A stretch of DNA of 64,000 bases from Verrucomicrobiia bacterium (lineage in GTDB: Bacteria; Verrucomicrobiota; Verrucomicrobiia; Limisphaerales; UBA1100): NCBI GenBank assembly GCA_014239365.1, contig JAAZZB010000033.1, positions 10,669-74,668 of the forward strand, written 5' to 3'. This document shows positions 44,311-55,256 of the stretch, piece by piece. Positions within the stretch are counted from its first letter, which is position 1, and every line of letters starts with the position of its first letter. The notes beneath the pieces are model-generated. The model saw only the letters and a list, made by a program, of their open reading frames with translations, did not search any database and had not been told where the DNA came from. The translations under genes and the position numbers were made by a program.

Positions 44311-44925
44311 ATGTTGATTGAGGAAACACGCCCGGTGCCGGATTTGACTCGGAGTAGCTTGGTGGAGCGGCTGCGGGGGGTGTGTGATCATGCGAGTTGG
44401 GAGGTGTTTTTTGATCAGTATTGGCAGTTGATTTATCACGTGGCGCGGCGGGCGGGGTTGGCGGAGGCGGATGCGGAGGATGTGGTGCAGGAAACGGTGG
44501 TGGAGGTGGCGGGCAGTATCGATGGGTTTGAACGGGAACGGCCCGGGAGTTTTCGCGGTTGGCTGTGCGCGATTACGCGGACGAAGATCGCGATGTTTTA
44601 TCGCAAGGAATACCGGCAGCAACGGAAGCTGGATGTGTACGGCGAGGCGATGGAGGCGCGGAATGAGGGGACGCAGACGCCGGAGCTGGAAGGGATTTGG
44701 AATGAGGAATGGCAGCGGAATATTTTGCAGGCGGCGCTGGAACAGGTGAAACGGCAGGTGAGCCCGCGTCAGTACCAGATTTTTCATTGTCACGTGTTGC
44801 GCGAATGGACGGTGGCGGAGGTGGCGGCGCAGCTGGATGTGAGCGCGGGGATGGTGTACGTGACGAAGCATTGGGTAAACGCGATTTTGAAAAAGGAACT
44901 TCAGAAATTGCAGGAAGAGGAATGA
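44311..44925 (+). CDS. ECF-type RNA polymerase sigma factor
   Basis: Region 2 is DAEDVVQETVVEVAGSIDGFERERPGSFRGWLCAITR and region 4 is REWTVAEVAAQLDVSAGMVYVTKHWV. The start is taken at the ATG at 44311. Confidence 0.85.
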   Translation: MLIEETRPVPDLTRSSLVERLRGVCDHASWEVFFDQYWQLIYHVARRAGLAEADAEDVVQETVVEVAGSIDGFERERPGSFRGWLCAITRTKIAMFYRKEYRQQRKLDVYGEAMEARNEGTQTPELEGIWNEEWQRNILQAALEQVKRQVSPRQYQIFHCHVLREWTVAEVAAQLDVSAGMVYVTKHWVNAILKKELQKLQEEE

Positions 44926-45131
44926 GTGTTGAGAGTGTAAAAGATTGGCTGCGTCCGCGGGTGCGGCGGGGTTGGCTGGCGGTGGATCGCTGGTTGATGC
45001 CGGATGTGGCGGCGGAGCTGGCGGGCTTAGAGTGGGAATCGCCGCGCTTGCGTCGGCGTTTGAAAAAACGTGCGCGGCGGGTGTGGCGGGCAAAGCTGCA
45101 AACGGTGGAAAAAAATGGGCACAAATCCTGA
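44922..45131 (+). CDS. Small Arg-rich ORF between the sigma factor and kinase genes (possible regulator; speculative)
   Basis: 69 aa (MSVESVKDWLRPRVRRGWLAVDRWLMPDVAAELAGLEWESPRLRRRLKK...). The ATGA overlaps the sigma stop and the 3' end overlaps the kinase start by 17 nt. No recognisable family. Confidence 0.35.
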   Translation: MSVESVKDWLRPRVRRGWLAVDRWLMPDVAAELAGLEWESPRLRRRLKKRARRVWRAKLQTVEKNGHKS

Positions 45132-47244
45132 TAACCCGCCGCCGGAAATTCCGGAGCACGAATTGCTGCGCCGCATTGGCGCGGGCAGTTACGGCGAGGT
45201 GTGGCTGGCGCGCAGTGTGACGGGTGCGCATCGCGCGGTGAAAATTATTTGGCGTGATCGCTTTGAAAGTGAGGTGCCCTTTGAGCGGGAATTCGATGGC
45301 GTGCGTCAGTTTGAGGAAATCAGTCGCGGGCAGGCGGGCTTGGTGGATTTGTTTTTGGTGGGGCGCAATGAGGCGGCTGGGTTTTTTTATTATGTGATGG
45401 AATTGGCCGCGCCGGAAAGTGAGGGCGAAGGCGCGGGTGATTGGGAGGCGTACACGCCGCGCACGTTGCAGTCGGATTTGCGCGCGCACGGGCGGTTGCC
45501 GGTGGACGATTGTCTGGATCTCGGCATCACCGTGGCCGAGGCACTGCAGCATTTGCACGCGCACGGGCTGGTGCATCGCGATGTAAAACCTTCCAATTTA
45601 ATTTACACGCGTGGCCGCTATTGCCTCGCGGATATCGGGATGGTGACAGCCGCGAGCGACGGCGAAGCCTTTGTGGGCACGCACGGCTATTTGCCGCGCG
45701 AAGGAGCAGGGCAGCCTTCGGCGGATATTTTTGGGCTCGGGCGGGTGCTATACGAGGCGTTGACGGGCGAGGATCGTCAGTCGTTTCCGGCTTTGCCCAA
45801 GTTGATGCGCAGTGAAAAACCCTCCGCCGCGCAGCGTGAACTCAACAAAGTGATTCTCAAAACCTGCGCGCACACGCCGGAAGAACGCTACGCGGACGCC
45901 GCGGCGTTGGCGGCGGACTTGGCGCGCATCGCCGATGGCGGTCGCGCGGAAGCCGTGCGCGAACGCGGCAGATTGCTGTGGCCTGCGGCGGCGGTGTTGG
46001 CTCTGGTGGCACTGGTTTTGGGTTGGGCATTCTGGCCCGCGCCCGTCAAGGATTCAGATTTGCTGGTTCACTGGCGTTTTGATGGCGACTTACTCGATGC
46101 CAGCGGCAATGGCGTTGAGGCGCACGGCAGCTGGACGCGCGCCACGGCGGACCGATTTGACCAACCGGGCCGGGCGATTTTGATGAACGCAGATGCTTCG
46201 TTGCGGGCGGGTTACGAATGGGTTTGGCCATCGGATCAGCCGCGCACGGTGGCGCTGTGGTTTCGCGTGGATGAATGGGCAGCGCGCGAGGCGGGGTGGT
46301 TTGAGGAGCGGGCATCGGGCACCGGCGCGCCGCTCTTGCGCGGGCCGGGCTTCTCGGTGCAAATGACGGGCAACGGTTTGATTGGGCTCGATGGCAATTA
46401 CATTTGCGCGTTGTTTGATGTGGGAAAAATTGAAACGCGGCGCTGGCATTTTCTGGCCATCACCTGCGAAGGCAAATCGGGCACATCGCGCGTGTGGTTT
46501 GATGGTAAGAAATTTGAGCCGCTTGACGTGAAAAATGAAAATCCGTTTTGGTGGAAACCGGAGAAACCCTTTCGCACGGTGAAAACGCCTCTTGAGATTT
46601 TGGGCTACGAGGGTGCAGTGGACGAGGTGCGAATGTACCGCCGCGCGTTATCCGCAAAAGAGATTCAAAAAATTGATGCCGCCGAACGGCCCGCTCAACC
46701 CACCGTGGCGGGCGAGGCTTGGAGCGAATCGTTTTCGTGGGCGGCACTTTTGCCATCGGAATCCGAGCATCTTAACCATTCCAAAAACCTGCGTCGCGTG
46801 GAGGAAACTGATGGTGCGGTTTATTGGTCGCCGGAAATGGATGGCGAATCTGCGGAGGTGCAGTACCAATTTAAATTTGAGCGTCCAATCGAGCGCGCGC
46901 ACGTGCGGCTACCCATTTATTGCGTGGACCTCACACCCGCACGCGCCACGCCGATGCGCGGGGCGTTTGCGGCTGAAGTTTCGGCCGACGGCAAAGATTG
47001 GCATTCGATTTACAACGGCTTGGAACCCCAACCGCAATGGGGCGAAGGCACCGGCGCGGGTGCGCTGGTGGCCGGAATCCCCAAGGCCGTGCTGGGCAAA
47101 ACTGCGCTATGGCTGCGCGTGCGCTTGCGGGCCGAAGGCGGCACGGCAAATCTTTCAGGCGCACAACTGGGCCGTGCCCCGAGTGCTGGAAAATCAGATT
47201 GGAAAAACGAGCCAGTGCTACGCGTGAAGTTGCAATCGCCTTGA
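45115..47244 (+). CDS. Ser/Thr protein kinase with one TM helix and an extracytoplasmic LamG/ConA-like domain
   Basis: Kinase motifs are IGAGSYGEVWLA, AVKII and HRDVKPSNLIY. The TM segment is LLWPAAAVLALVALVLGWAFW. The LamG-like region is LVHWRFDGDLLDASGNG...WHFLAI...VDEVRMYRRALSAKEI. Confidence 0.85.
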   Translation: MGTNPDNPPPEIPEHELLRRIGAGSYGEVWLARSVTGAHRAVKIIWRDRFESEVPFEREFDGVRQFEEISRGQAGLVDLFLVGRNEAAGFFYYVMELAAPESEGEGAGDWEAYTPRTLQSDLRAHGRLPVDDCLDLGITVAEALQHLHAHGLVHRDVKPSNLIYTRGRYCLADIGMVTAASDGEAFVGTHGYLPREGAGQPSADIFGLGRVLYEALTGEDRQSFPALPKLMRSEKPSAAQRELNKVILKTCAHTPEERYADAAALAADLARIADGGRAEAVRERGRLLWPAAAVLALVALVLGWAFWPAPVKDSDLLVHWRFDGDLLDASGNGVEAHGSWTRATADRFDQPGRAILMNADASLRAGYEWVWPSDQPRTVALWFRVDEWAAREAGWFEERASGTGAPLLRGPGFSVQMTGNGLIGLDGNYICALFDVGKIETRRWHFLAITCEGKSGTSRVWFDGKKFEPLDVKNENPFWWKPEKPFRTVKTPLEILGYEGAVDEVRMYRRALSAKEIQKIDAAERPAQPTVAGEAWSESFSWAALLPSESEHLNHSKNLRRVEETDGAVYWSPEMDGESAEVQYQFKFERPIERAHVRLPIYCVDLTPARATPMRGAFAAEVSADGKDWHSIYNGLEPQPQWGEGTGAGALVAGIPKAVLGKTALWLRVRLRAEGGTANLSGAQLGRAPSAGKSDWKNEPVLRVKLQSP

Positions 47245-47266
47245 AGGGGGGCTAACTTCCGCGCTG

Positions 47267-47944
47267 ATGGATCCGGCTGATTTTCTTGCATTGATTTCGC
47301 GGCGGCATTGTCAGCGGGCGTTTACGGATGCGGCGGTGTCGCGCGAGGTGTTGGAGGCGGTGTTGTTGGCGGCGGGGGAGGCGCCTTCGGGGAAGAATAC
47401 GCAGCCGTGGAAGGTGACGGTGGTGAGCGGCGCGGCGCGGGATGGATTGAGTGCGGCTCTTTGTGCGGCGTTTGATGCGGGGGAAAAGGCGGTGCCGGAT
47501 TATGAGTATTCGCTGCTGCCTTCGCCAACGGAATGGAAGGATCGGGCGCGGGCGTGCGGGTTTTCGTTGTTTGAATTGAAGGGGATTGCGCGGGATGATG
47601 TGGAGGCGCGACGGGCGCACGGGCGGGAGAATTTTACTTTTTTTGGCGCACCGGTGCAGTTGATTTTTCATTTGCCGCTGGGGGCGGAGCGGGGGAATTT
47701 TTTGGATGTCGGGATGTTTATGCAAAATGTGATGCTCGGCCTCACGGCGCACGGGCTGGGGAGTTGCCCGCAATTTAGCGTGGCGGGTTATGCGGGGGTG
47801 GTGCGGGAGTCGCTGGGATTGGGCGCGGATCGCTGGGTGGTGGCGGGGATGTCGGTGGGCTGGCCGGACGGGTCGGCGTCGGTTAATGGCTTTGTGCCGG
47901 AGCGCCTGCCGCTGGCGGATTTTGTGGATTGGCGGGATGGATGA
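47267..47944 (+). CDS. Nitroreductase-family oxidoreductase
   Basis: RRHCQRAFTDAAVSREVLEAVLLAAGEAPSGKNTQPWKVTVV is the classic nitroreductase N-terminal motif. Confidence 0.85.
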   Translation: MDPADFLALISRRHCQRAFTDAAVSREVLEAVLLAAGEAPSGKNTQPWKVTVVSGAARDGLSAALCAAFDAGEKAVPDYEYSLLPSPTEWKDRARACGFSLFELKGIARDDVEARRAHGRENFTFFGAPVQLIFHLPLGAERGNFLDVGMFMQNVMLGLTAHGLGSCPQFSVAGYAGVVRESLGLGADRWVVAGMSVGWPDGSASVNGFVPERLPLADFVDWRDG

Positions 47945-48013
47945 AAATACAAGTCGCCAATAATCGGCATTATTTGGTAGCGTCTGCCGCAGCCGGAGGG
48001 GCCGGTTTTTTAT

Positions 48014-49447
48014 ATGAGTGAGGAGTATTGCAAAAGCGCGTGCCAGGAATGCAACGGTCGGATTTCTCTGCCGGTGGATGCGGTGGGCGTGGAGTTCAAT
48101 TGCCCGCACTGTGGCGTGAATCTTCAGCTCGTCCTCAAGCATTATTGCGAGCATTGCAACGGGCCGCTTTCCTTTGAGGGTAATCCGGACGCGATCGGGA
48201 TGGAGATCGAATGCGGTCATTGCAAAAACCAAACAGTGTTGCAGCCCTCGGCGTTGGTGATCGAAGACAAAACGGCGCCGGCGGAAGAAGAAGTTTACGA
48301 AGAGGAATATGACGAGGGCGAGGAATACGAAGAAGAGTACGAGGAGGATTACGAAGAAGAGGGGGACGAAGAATCCGAATCTGAACCCGAACCGGAACCC
48401 AAGCGCGGTGGCCCGCCTAAGCCACGGCAGCCGAAGCGTGGTGGCCCACCCAAGCCGCGTCAGCCCAAAAAAGTGCGTAAGCGTCCCGGCGGTGGCGGGG
48501 CCACGCCTGGCGATGGGCCGGAAAAAATTGGCCGTCGATTAGCCGGCTCCGGTGCCAAGCCCGCCGAGGAAGAATCTGAAGAGGCACCCGCAAAGGGCGG
48601 TCGGCCCGCAAGGCCCAAGCCCGGTGGTCGGCGCGGTGGCCGCCCCAAGCCCAAGCGCCGTACGCGGCCTGCGGGGGATTCGGGTGCAGCGGAATCCAGC
48701 ACACCAATGACTCGCCGCAAACCGGCGGGCACGCCTGAGGAATCAATGGATCCAATGGCCGGCGCAGTGCCGGGAGGTTCTTCCGCGCCGCCTCCCAGCC
48801 CGGCGGCACCGCAACCGGCCGGGCCGGTGGTGCGCAAAGTAGCGGGCGTGATTCCCGGCGCAGGCGGCGGCGCCCATAGCGGCGGCGCGCCTAAGTTTGA
48901 ATCTTCAGTGGGGAAAAAATCCAAAGACGAAGATGAAGAATTCGATGGGCCGTGGCATAAGAATCCTGAGAAACAAAAACTTGCCGTCGTGGTCACGGTG
49001 TTTGTGTTGTCGTTTACTTATTTTGGGATGCCCAGTTTGGCGGGATTGATCGACCCAACTTGGGGGCCCAAAGTGGAGAAAATTGTAAAACTGAAATTCC
49101 TGTTCGATGCCGGTTATCGCAACAATAATGTGGCGGAATCAATAAAGGTGGATCAGCCTTCCCTGCTCATCAGCCGGGAAACCGGCCAGAAAACCGAAGG
49201 TCAACAAGGGGCTGATGTGTTTTATGTCACCGGCTCTGCGCAGAATATCACGGACGACACGCTCGAACAGGTGGAGATCATTTTCAAACTCTACGATCAA
49301 AGCGGCGTCGTGTTGGGCGAGGCGCTTGACTACACCAACCAGCTCGGCCCAAATGTGGTTTGGAATTTCCGCGCCGCTTGTATGACTTCCGAGTCCGTGT
49401 CCACAAACATCTTTCGCGCCAAGCTCGATCGCCTCATCGTGCGCTAA
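48014..49447 (+). CDS. Zinc-ribbon / low-complexity / TM / FxLYD-domain protein
   Basis: It has two CxxC...CxxC ribbons (CQECNG...CPHCG; CEHCNG...CGHCK) and an acidic E/Y-rich tract. A basic Pro-rich tract follows, with KRGGPPKPRQP twice, then a TM segment (LAVVVTVFVLSFTYFG). The C-terminus VEIIFKLYDQSGVVLGE is the FxLYD motif. Confidence 0.65.
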   Translation: MSEEYCKSACQECNGRISLPVDAVGVEFNCPHCGVNLQLVLKHYCEHCNGPLSFEGNPDAIGMEIECGHCKNQTVLQPSALVIEDKTAPAEEEVYEEEYDEGEEYEEEYEEDYEEEGDEESESEPEPEPKRGGPPKPRQPKRGGPPKPRQPKKVRKRPGGGGATPGDGPEKIGRRLAGSGAKPAEEESEEAPAKGGRPARPKPGGRRGGRPKPKRRTRPAGDSGAAESSTPMTRRKPAGTPEESMDPMAGAVPGGSSAPPPSPAAPQPAGPVVRKVAGVIPGAGGGAHSGGAPKFESSVGKKSKDEDEEFDGPWHKNPEKQKLAVVVTVFVLSFTYFGMPSLAGLIDPTWGPKVEKIVKLKFLFDAGYRNNNVAESIKVDQPSLLISRETGQKTEGQQGADVFYVTGSAQNITDDTLEQVEIIFKLYDQSGVVLGEALDYTNQLGPNVVWNFRAACMTSESVSTNIFRAKLDRLIVR

Positions 49448-49520
49448 GTGCCGCCCGAATTGACAAGTGGAATAACTGTCGCTTGACCCGTGCCGCCCTC
49501 AGCCTCTTCAATGCGCGCCG

Positions 49521-50006
49521 ATGCAGTTACAGGTTGAAAACAAATATTTGGATTTCAGGAAATCGAGCATTCACAACGTGGGCGCGTATGCGAAACGCGA
49601 CATCCGCAAGGGCACGCGCATCATCGAATACATCGGCCGGCCGTTGACCAAAAAGAAAGCGGCCACGGAACTCGCCGATGGTAATGGCTACGTGTTTACC
49701 ATCAACAAGCATTTCGATATCGATGGCAATGTGCCGTGGAATCCTGCGCGTTTTATTAATCACGGCTGCGCCGCCAACGCCGAATCGGATGTTGAGGATG
49801 ATCGCGTGTGGATTGACGCGCTCAAAACAATCAAGAAAGGCGAGGAAGTGGTTTACAATTATAACTACGATCTCGTGGATGCGTTCGAAAACCCGTGCAA
49901 CTGCGGCGCGAAAGAATGCGTGGGCTATATGGTGGACGATGACTATTGGCCGAAGCTGAAGAAGATGATTGAGAAGCGAGAGAAGAAGAAGGGGAGGAAA
50001 AAATGA
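49521..50006 (+). CDS. SET-domain protein (putative lysine methyltransferase)
   Basis: It carries HNVGAYAKRDIRKGTRIIEYIG, RFINHGCAANAE (the NHxC motif), GEEVVYNYNY and the post-SET-like CNCGAKEC. Confidence 0.85.
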   Translation: MQLQVENKYLDFRKSSIHNVGAYAKRDIRKGTRIIEYIGRPLTKKKAATELADGNGYVFTINKHFDIDGNVPWNPARFINHGCAANAESDVEDDRVWIDALKTIKKGEEVVYNYNYDLVDAFENPCNCGAKECVGYMVDDDYWPKLKKMIEKREKKKGRKK

Positions 50007-50122
50007 CCAATTCCCAATGCCCAAGTTCCAAGGAATCCCCAAGCCCTAAAGGCTTCACGGATTAGAAATTGTGATTTTGTGATTTCCTTGGGCCTTAGTC
50101 ATTGGAGCTTGGAACTTCTCCC

Positions 50123-50488
50123 TCACTCCATCGGCCAATCCGCCACCACCAATCCCTGATACCCCTTCGCCAGCGACTTCACATTTGTGTAGCCCATCTT
50201 TTGCGCGGCGTCGCACGTGAGCGCGCTGCGATAGCCGCCGCCGCAGTACATGATAATTTCCGAGGCTTTGTCAGGGAAACGTGTTTCCAAATCACGCTCC
50301 AACACGCCCTTGCCCAGATACTGCGCTTCCTTGGCGTGGGCCTTGGTCCATTCGCTTTCCTCGCGCACATCGAGCAATACCACTTCGGGGTTTTCTGCCA
50401 AGCGCGCCGGCAAGTCTTCCACAGAAATTTCCTGCACCCGGCTGAGGGCATCTTCGACGAGCGTGAGAAATCCGGCGGAATGTTTCAT
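50123..50488 (-). CDS. Cytoplasmic rhodanese-domain protein
   Basis: The start is set at the ATG at 50486-50488 (MKHSAGFLT). It carries VLLDVREESEW and the active-site loop YCGGGYRS. Confidence 0.85.
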   Translation of the reverse strand: MKHSAGFLTLVEDALSRVQEISVEDLPARLAENPEVVLLDVREESEWTKAHAKEAQYLGKGVLERDLETRFPDKASEIIMYCGGGYRSALTCDAAQKMGYTNVKSLAKGYQGLVVADWPME

Positions 50489-50580
50489 AGGGAAAAGATA
50501 GCCCGCGCGCGGGGAAAAATCAAATGACGAAAACACAAATTGCCTTCCGGCCCAAAAAAGCCAACAGTGGCCGCACGCAA

Positions 50581-50838
50581 ATGTATCAACCCGAATCAGT
50601 AAAACTTTACGTGAAACCCGTGTGCGGCTGGTGCCGTCAAGCGGAGCATTGGCTCACCAGCCAAGGCATCGAATTTGAAACGGTCGATGTGATCGAAGAT
50701 ACCGATGCCTTCGAAGAAATGGAACGCCTCTCCGGCCAAACCCTCGCGCCGGTGATTGCCGTGGACGGCCAAGTACTCGCGGACTTCGGCGCGCGCGAGT
50801 TGGTGGTCTTTTGGGAAGGGCTCGGGAAATCAAAATGA
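50581..50838 (+). CDS. Glutaredoxin-like small redox protein
   Basis: KLYVKPVCGWCRQAEHWL contains the CxxC motif. It has a thioredoxin-fold pattern with APVIAVDG, and its stop overlaps the lipA start (ATGA). The start is taken at the ATG at 50581. Confidence 0.75.
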   Translation: MYQPESVKLYVKPVCGWCRQAEHWLTSQGIEFETVDVIEDTDAFEEMERLSGQTLAPVIAVDGQVLADFGARELVVFWEGLGKSK

Positions 50839-51734
50839 GCGCCCTCGCCGAACCCCCGCAACAAAAACGCCCGCGCTTGCCGGAGTGGTTTCGGCTGCAA
50901 CTGCCGACAGCCAGCGCGTACTTCGCCACACGTAATCTCATCGACGACCTCAACCTCCACACCGTTTGCGAAAGCGCGCGCTGTCCAAACCATTGGGAAT
51001 GCTGGAGCAAAGGCACCGCCACTTTTATGATCGCCGGCGATCGCTGCACGCGCGCGTGTGGTTTCTGCGCGGTGGATACCCGCAAGCCGATGGCGCTTGA
51101 GGCCGATGAACCCGAACGCGTCGCCGAAGCCACGCGGCGAATGAAGCTCAAGCACGTCGTCATCACCGCCGTGGCCCGCGATGATTTGGCCGATGGCGGC
51201 GCGGCACATTTTCAAAACGTCATCGAACGTGTGCGCGCGGTGAATCCCGAAATCATCATCGAAGTGCTTACACCTGATTTTTTGGATGACGATGCCGCCA
51301 TCGATACCGTGCTCGCTGCGCAGCCGGAAATTTTCAATCACAACCTGGAAACCATCCGCCGCCTCACCCCCGAAGTGCGTTCGGTGGCGACTTACGAACG
51401 CTCGCTTTCGGTTTTGAAAAAAGTGAAACAGCGCGCCTCAAACATGTTCACTAAATCCGGCCTCATGCTCGGCCTTGGTGAAACGGAAGCCGAACTGCAC
51501 GAGGCGATGGCCGACCTTCGCGCCGTTGGCTGCGATCTCCTCACGCTCGGTCAATACCTTCAGCCCACCAAAAAGCATTTGCCCGTCGTCGAATTCATCC
51601 ATCCCGACCAATTCGCCGAACACAAAAAAACCGCCGAGACAATGGGCTTCACCCACGTCGCCAGCGGGCCGTTGGTTCGCAGTTCGTATCACGCCGATGA
51701 TTTCGTGCTGCCGACATCTTGCCGGCAGGAGTGA
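50835..51734 (+). CDS. lipA: Lipoyl synthase
   Basis: CESARCPNHWEC binds the auxiliary cluster and CTRACGFC is the radical-SAM motif. The last codons (VLPTSCRQE*) are encoded by repeat R4. Confidence 0.93.
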   Translation: MSALAEPPQQKRPRLPEWFRLQLPTASAYFATRNLIDDLNLHTVCESARCPNHWECWSKGTATFMIAGDRCTRACGFCAVDTRKPMALEADEPERVAEATRRMKLKHVVITAVARDDLADGGAAHFQNVIERVRAVNPEIIIEVLTPDFLDDDAAIDTVLAAQPEIFNHNLETIRRLTPEVRSVATYERSLSVLKKVKQRASNMFTKSGLMLGLGETEAELHEAMADLRAVGCDLLTLGQYLQPTKKHLPVVEFIHPDQFAEHKKTAETMGFTHVASGPLVRSSYHADDFVLPTSCRQE

Positions 51735-51767
51735 GGTGTGGGCCTGCCGGCAAGATGTCGGCAGCAC
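51705..51767. repeat. R4 copy overlapping the lipA 3' end
   Basis: The sequence is gtgctgccgacatcttgccggcag-N15-ctgccggcaagatgtcggcagcac. Compare 17373-17436. Confidence 0.8.
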
Positions 51768-51838
51768 ATTGGGCCACAGTTTTACCAAACCAAACCAGTT
51801 TGGTTGACAGCTTCTAAGTTTTACTGTAAGTTACCGGT

Positions 51839-52067
51839 ATGAAAACATTGCTCTCGGCCAAACGACAAATTTCCATCCCCAAAGCCCTGTGCGAGGAATT
51901 GGAGATGGCCCCCGGTTCCCACGTGGAATGGGAAATCCGCGACGGTCTACTCATCGGCACGCCGCTACCCAAGGATGCTTGGAAAAAATTGCGCGGTATG
52001 ATTCCACGCACGGCGGCCAAGCGCGGTTGGAAGGCGTTTGAGGATATGCGCCGGGAGGAGCGCGCCC

Positions 52068-52075
<8 letters not shown>
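51839..52075 (+). CDS. AbrB/SpoVT-type antitoxin (VapB-like)
   Basis: 78 aa. AKRQISIPKALCEELEMAPGSHVEWEI is a swapped-hairpin AbrB-type motif. It overlaps the downstream PIN gene. Confidence 0.75.
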
Positions 52076-54505
<2,430 letters not shown>

Positions 54506-54704
54506 TGGGAAAAAGGTGCCATCCAATTTCGCACAATCTTTTTATTTTCAGCTAAAAGCGCGGTGAATAACCCGAGCTTGGGCGTTGGCCCGGTTTCTGC
54601 TAAACACCATGCCGTTGCGAGGGAGCCGCACGAATTCACCAAGGAGGTGGAATCAACCAGCCGTTTTATGAAGGTGCATCGTGTTTTCGCATTTGGGGCA
54701 AGCA

Positions 54705-55211
54705 ATGAAGATGGGACAATTGGAACCACCGGACACGCATTTCCTGTCCGGCGCTGAAGGGTGGATGGAATTGGGGGACTACGACTCGGCCTTGGCTGAG
54801 TTGGAGTTAATTTCACCGGACTACCGGCGGCACTTTGATGTGCTGCAGGTGCGTTGGCATATTCACAATCGCATGCAGGATTGGGAGCGTTGCCTGAACA
54901 TCAGCCTCCAAATGATCGAGGTGCAGCCGGAGATGCCGCAAGGCTGGATCAACCACGGCAACGCGCTTTTTTATCTCGAGCGATTCGAGGAAGCCTTCAA
55001 CTTACTCGTGCCGATGCTCAAACGCTTTCCGCACGACGAGGCGATTCCGTACAACCTCGCCTGTTACAAATGCCAAAGCGGCGCCATCCAGGAAGCCCGC
55101 GAATGGCTCGAGTGCGCCCTCAAAGTCGGCGACTCCAAGCGCGTCAAAAATATGGCCGTCAACGACCCCGACCTCACGCCACTGTGGGAGCACGGAGTGA
55201 AGATCAAATAA
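54705..55211 (+). CDS. TPR-repeat protein
   Basis: TPR-like helices, with the C-terminal motif NDPDLTPLWEH, which resembles TDPDLEPLRGQ in 62466..62948. The start is taken at the ATG at 54705. Confidence 0.6.
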   Translation: MKMGQLEPPDTHFLSGAEGWMELGDYDSALAELELISPDYRRHFDVLQVRWHIHNRMQDWERCLNISLQMIEVQPEMPQGWINHGNALFYLERFEEAFNLLVPMLKRFPHDEAIPYNLACYKCQSGAIQEAREWLECALKVGDSKRVKNMAVNDPDLTPLWEHGVKIK

Positions 55212-55256
55212 ACGCCGCCGATTGACACCCTCGCGCGGCCTCATTACCCTCGCCCT

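Noticed and set aside
44227-45576. 449-aa minus-strand ORF spanning the ECF sigma and kinase genes
   Set aside because: It is antisense to two genes with clear domain signatures. The product is Arg/Pro/His-rich low complexity, typical of GC-rich shadow ORFs.
47252-48232. 326-aa minus-strand ORF
   Set aside because: It is antisense to the nitroreductase gene, and its product is dominated by R/P/H runs (RRPVRPAHRHPRHHP...).
50007-50122. Possible seventh repeat family (ccaatgcccaagttccaagg ... ccttgggccttagtcattggagcttggaac) between the SET and rhodanese genes
   Set aside because: Only a loose inverted similarity exists within this one locus, with no second copy in the window. This is insufficient to call a repeat family.
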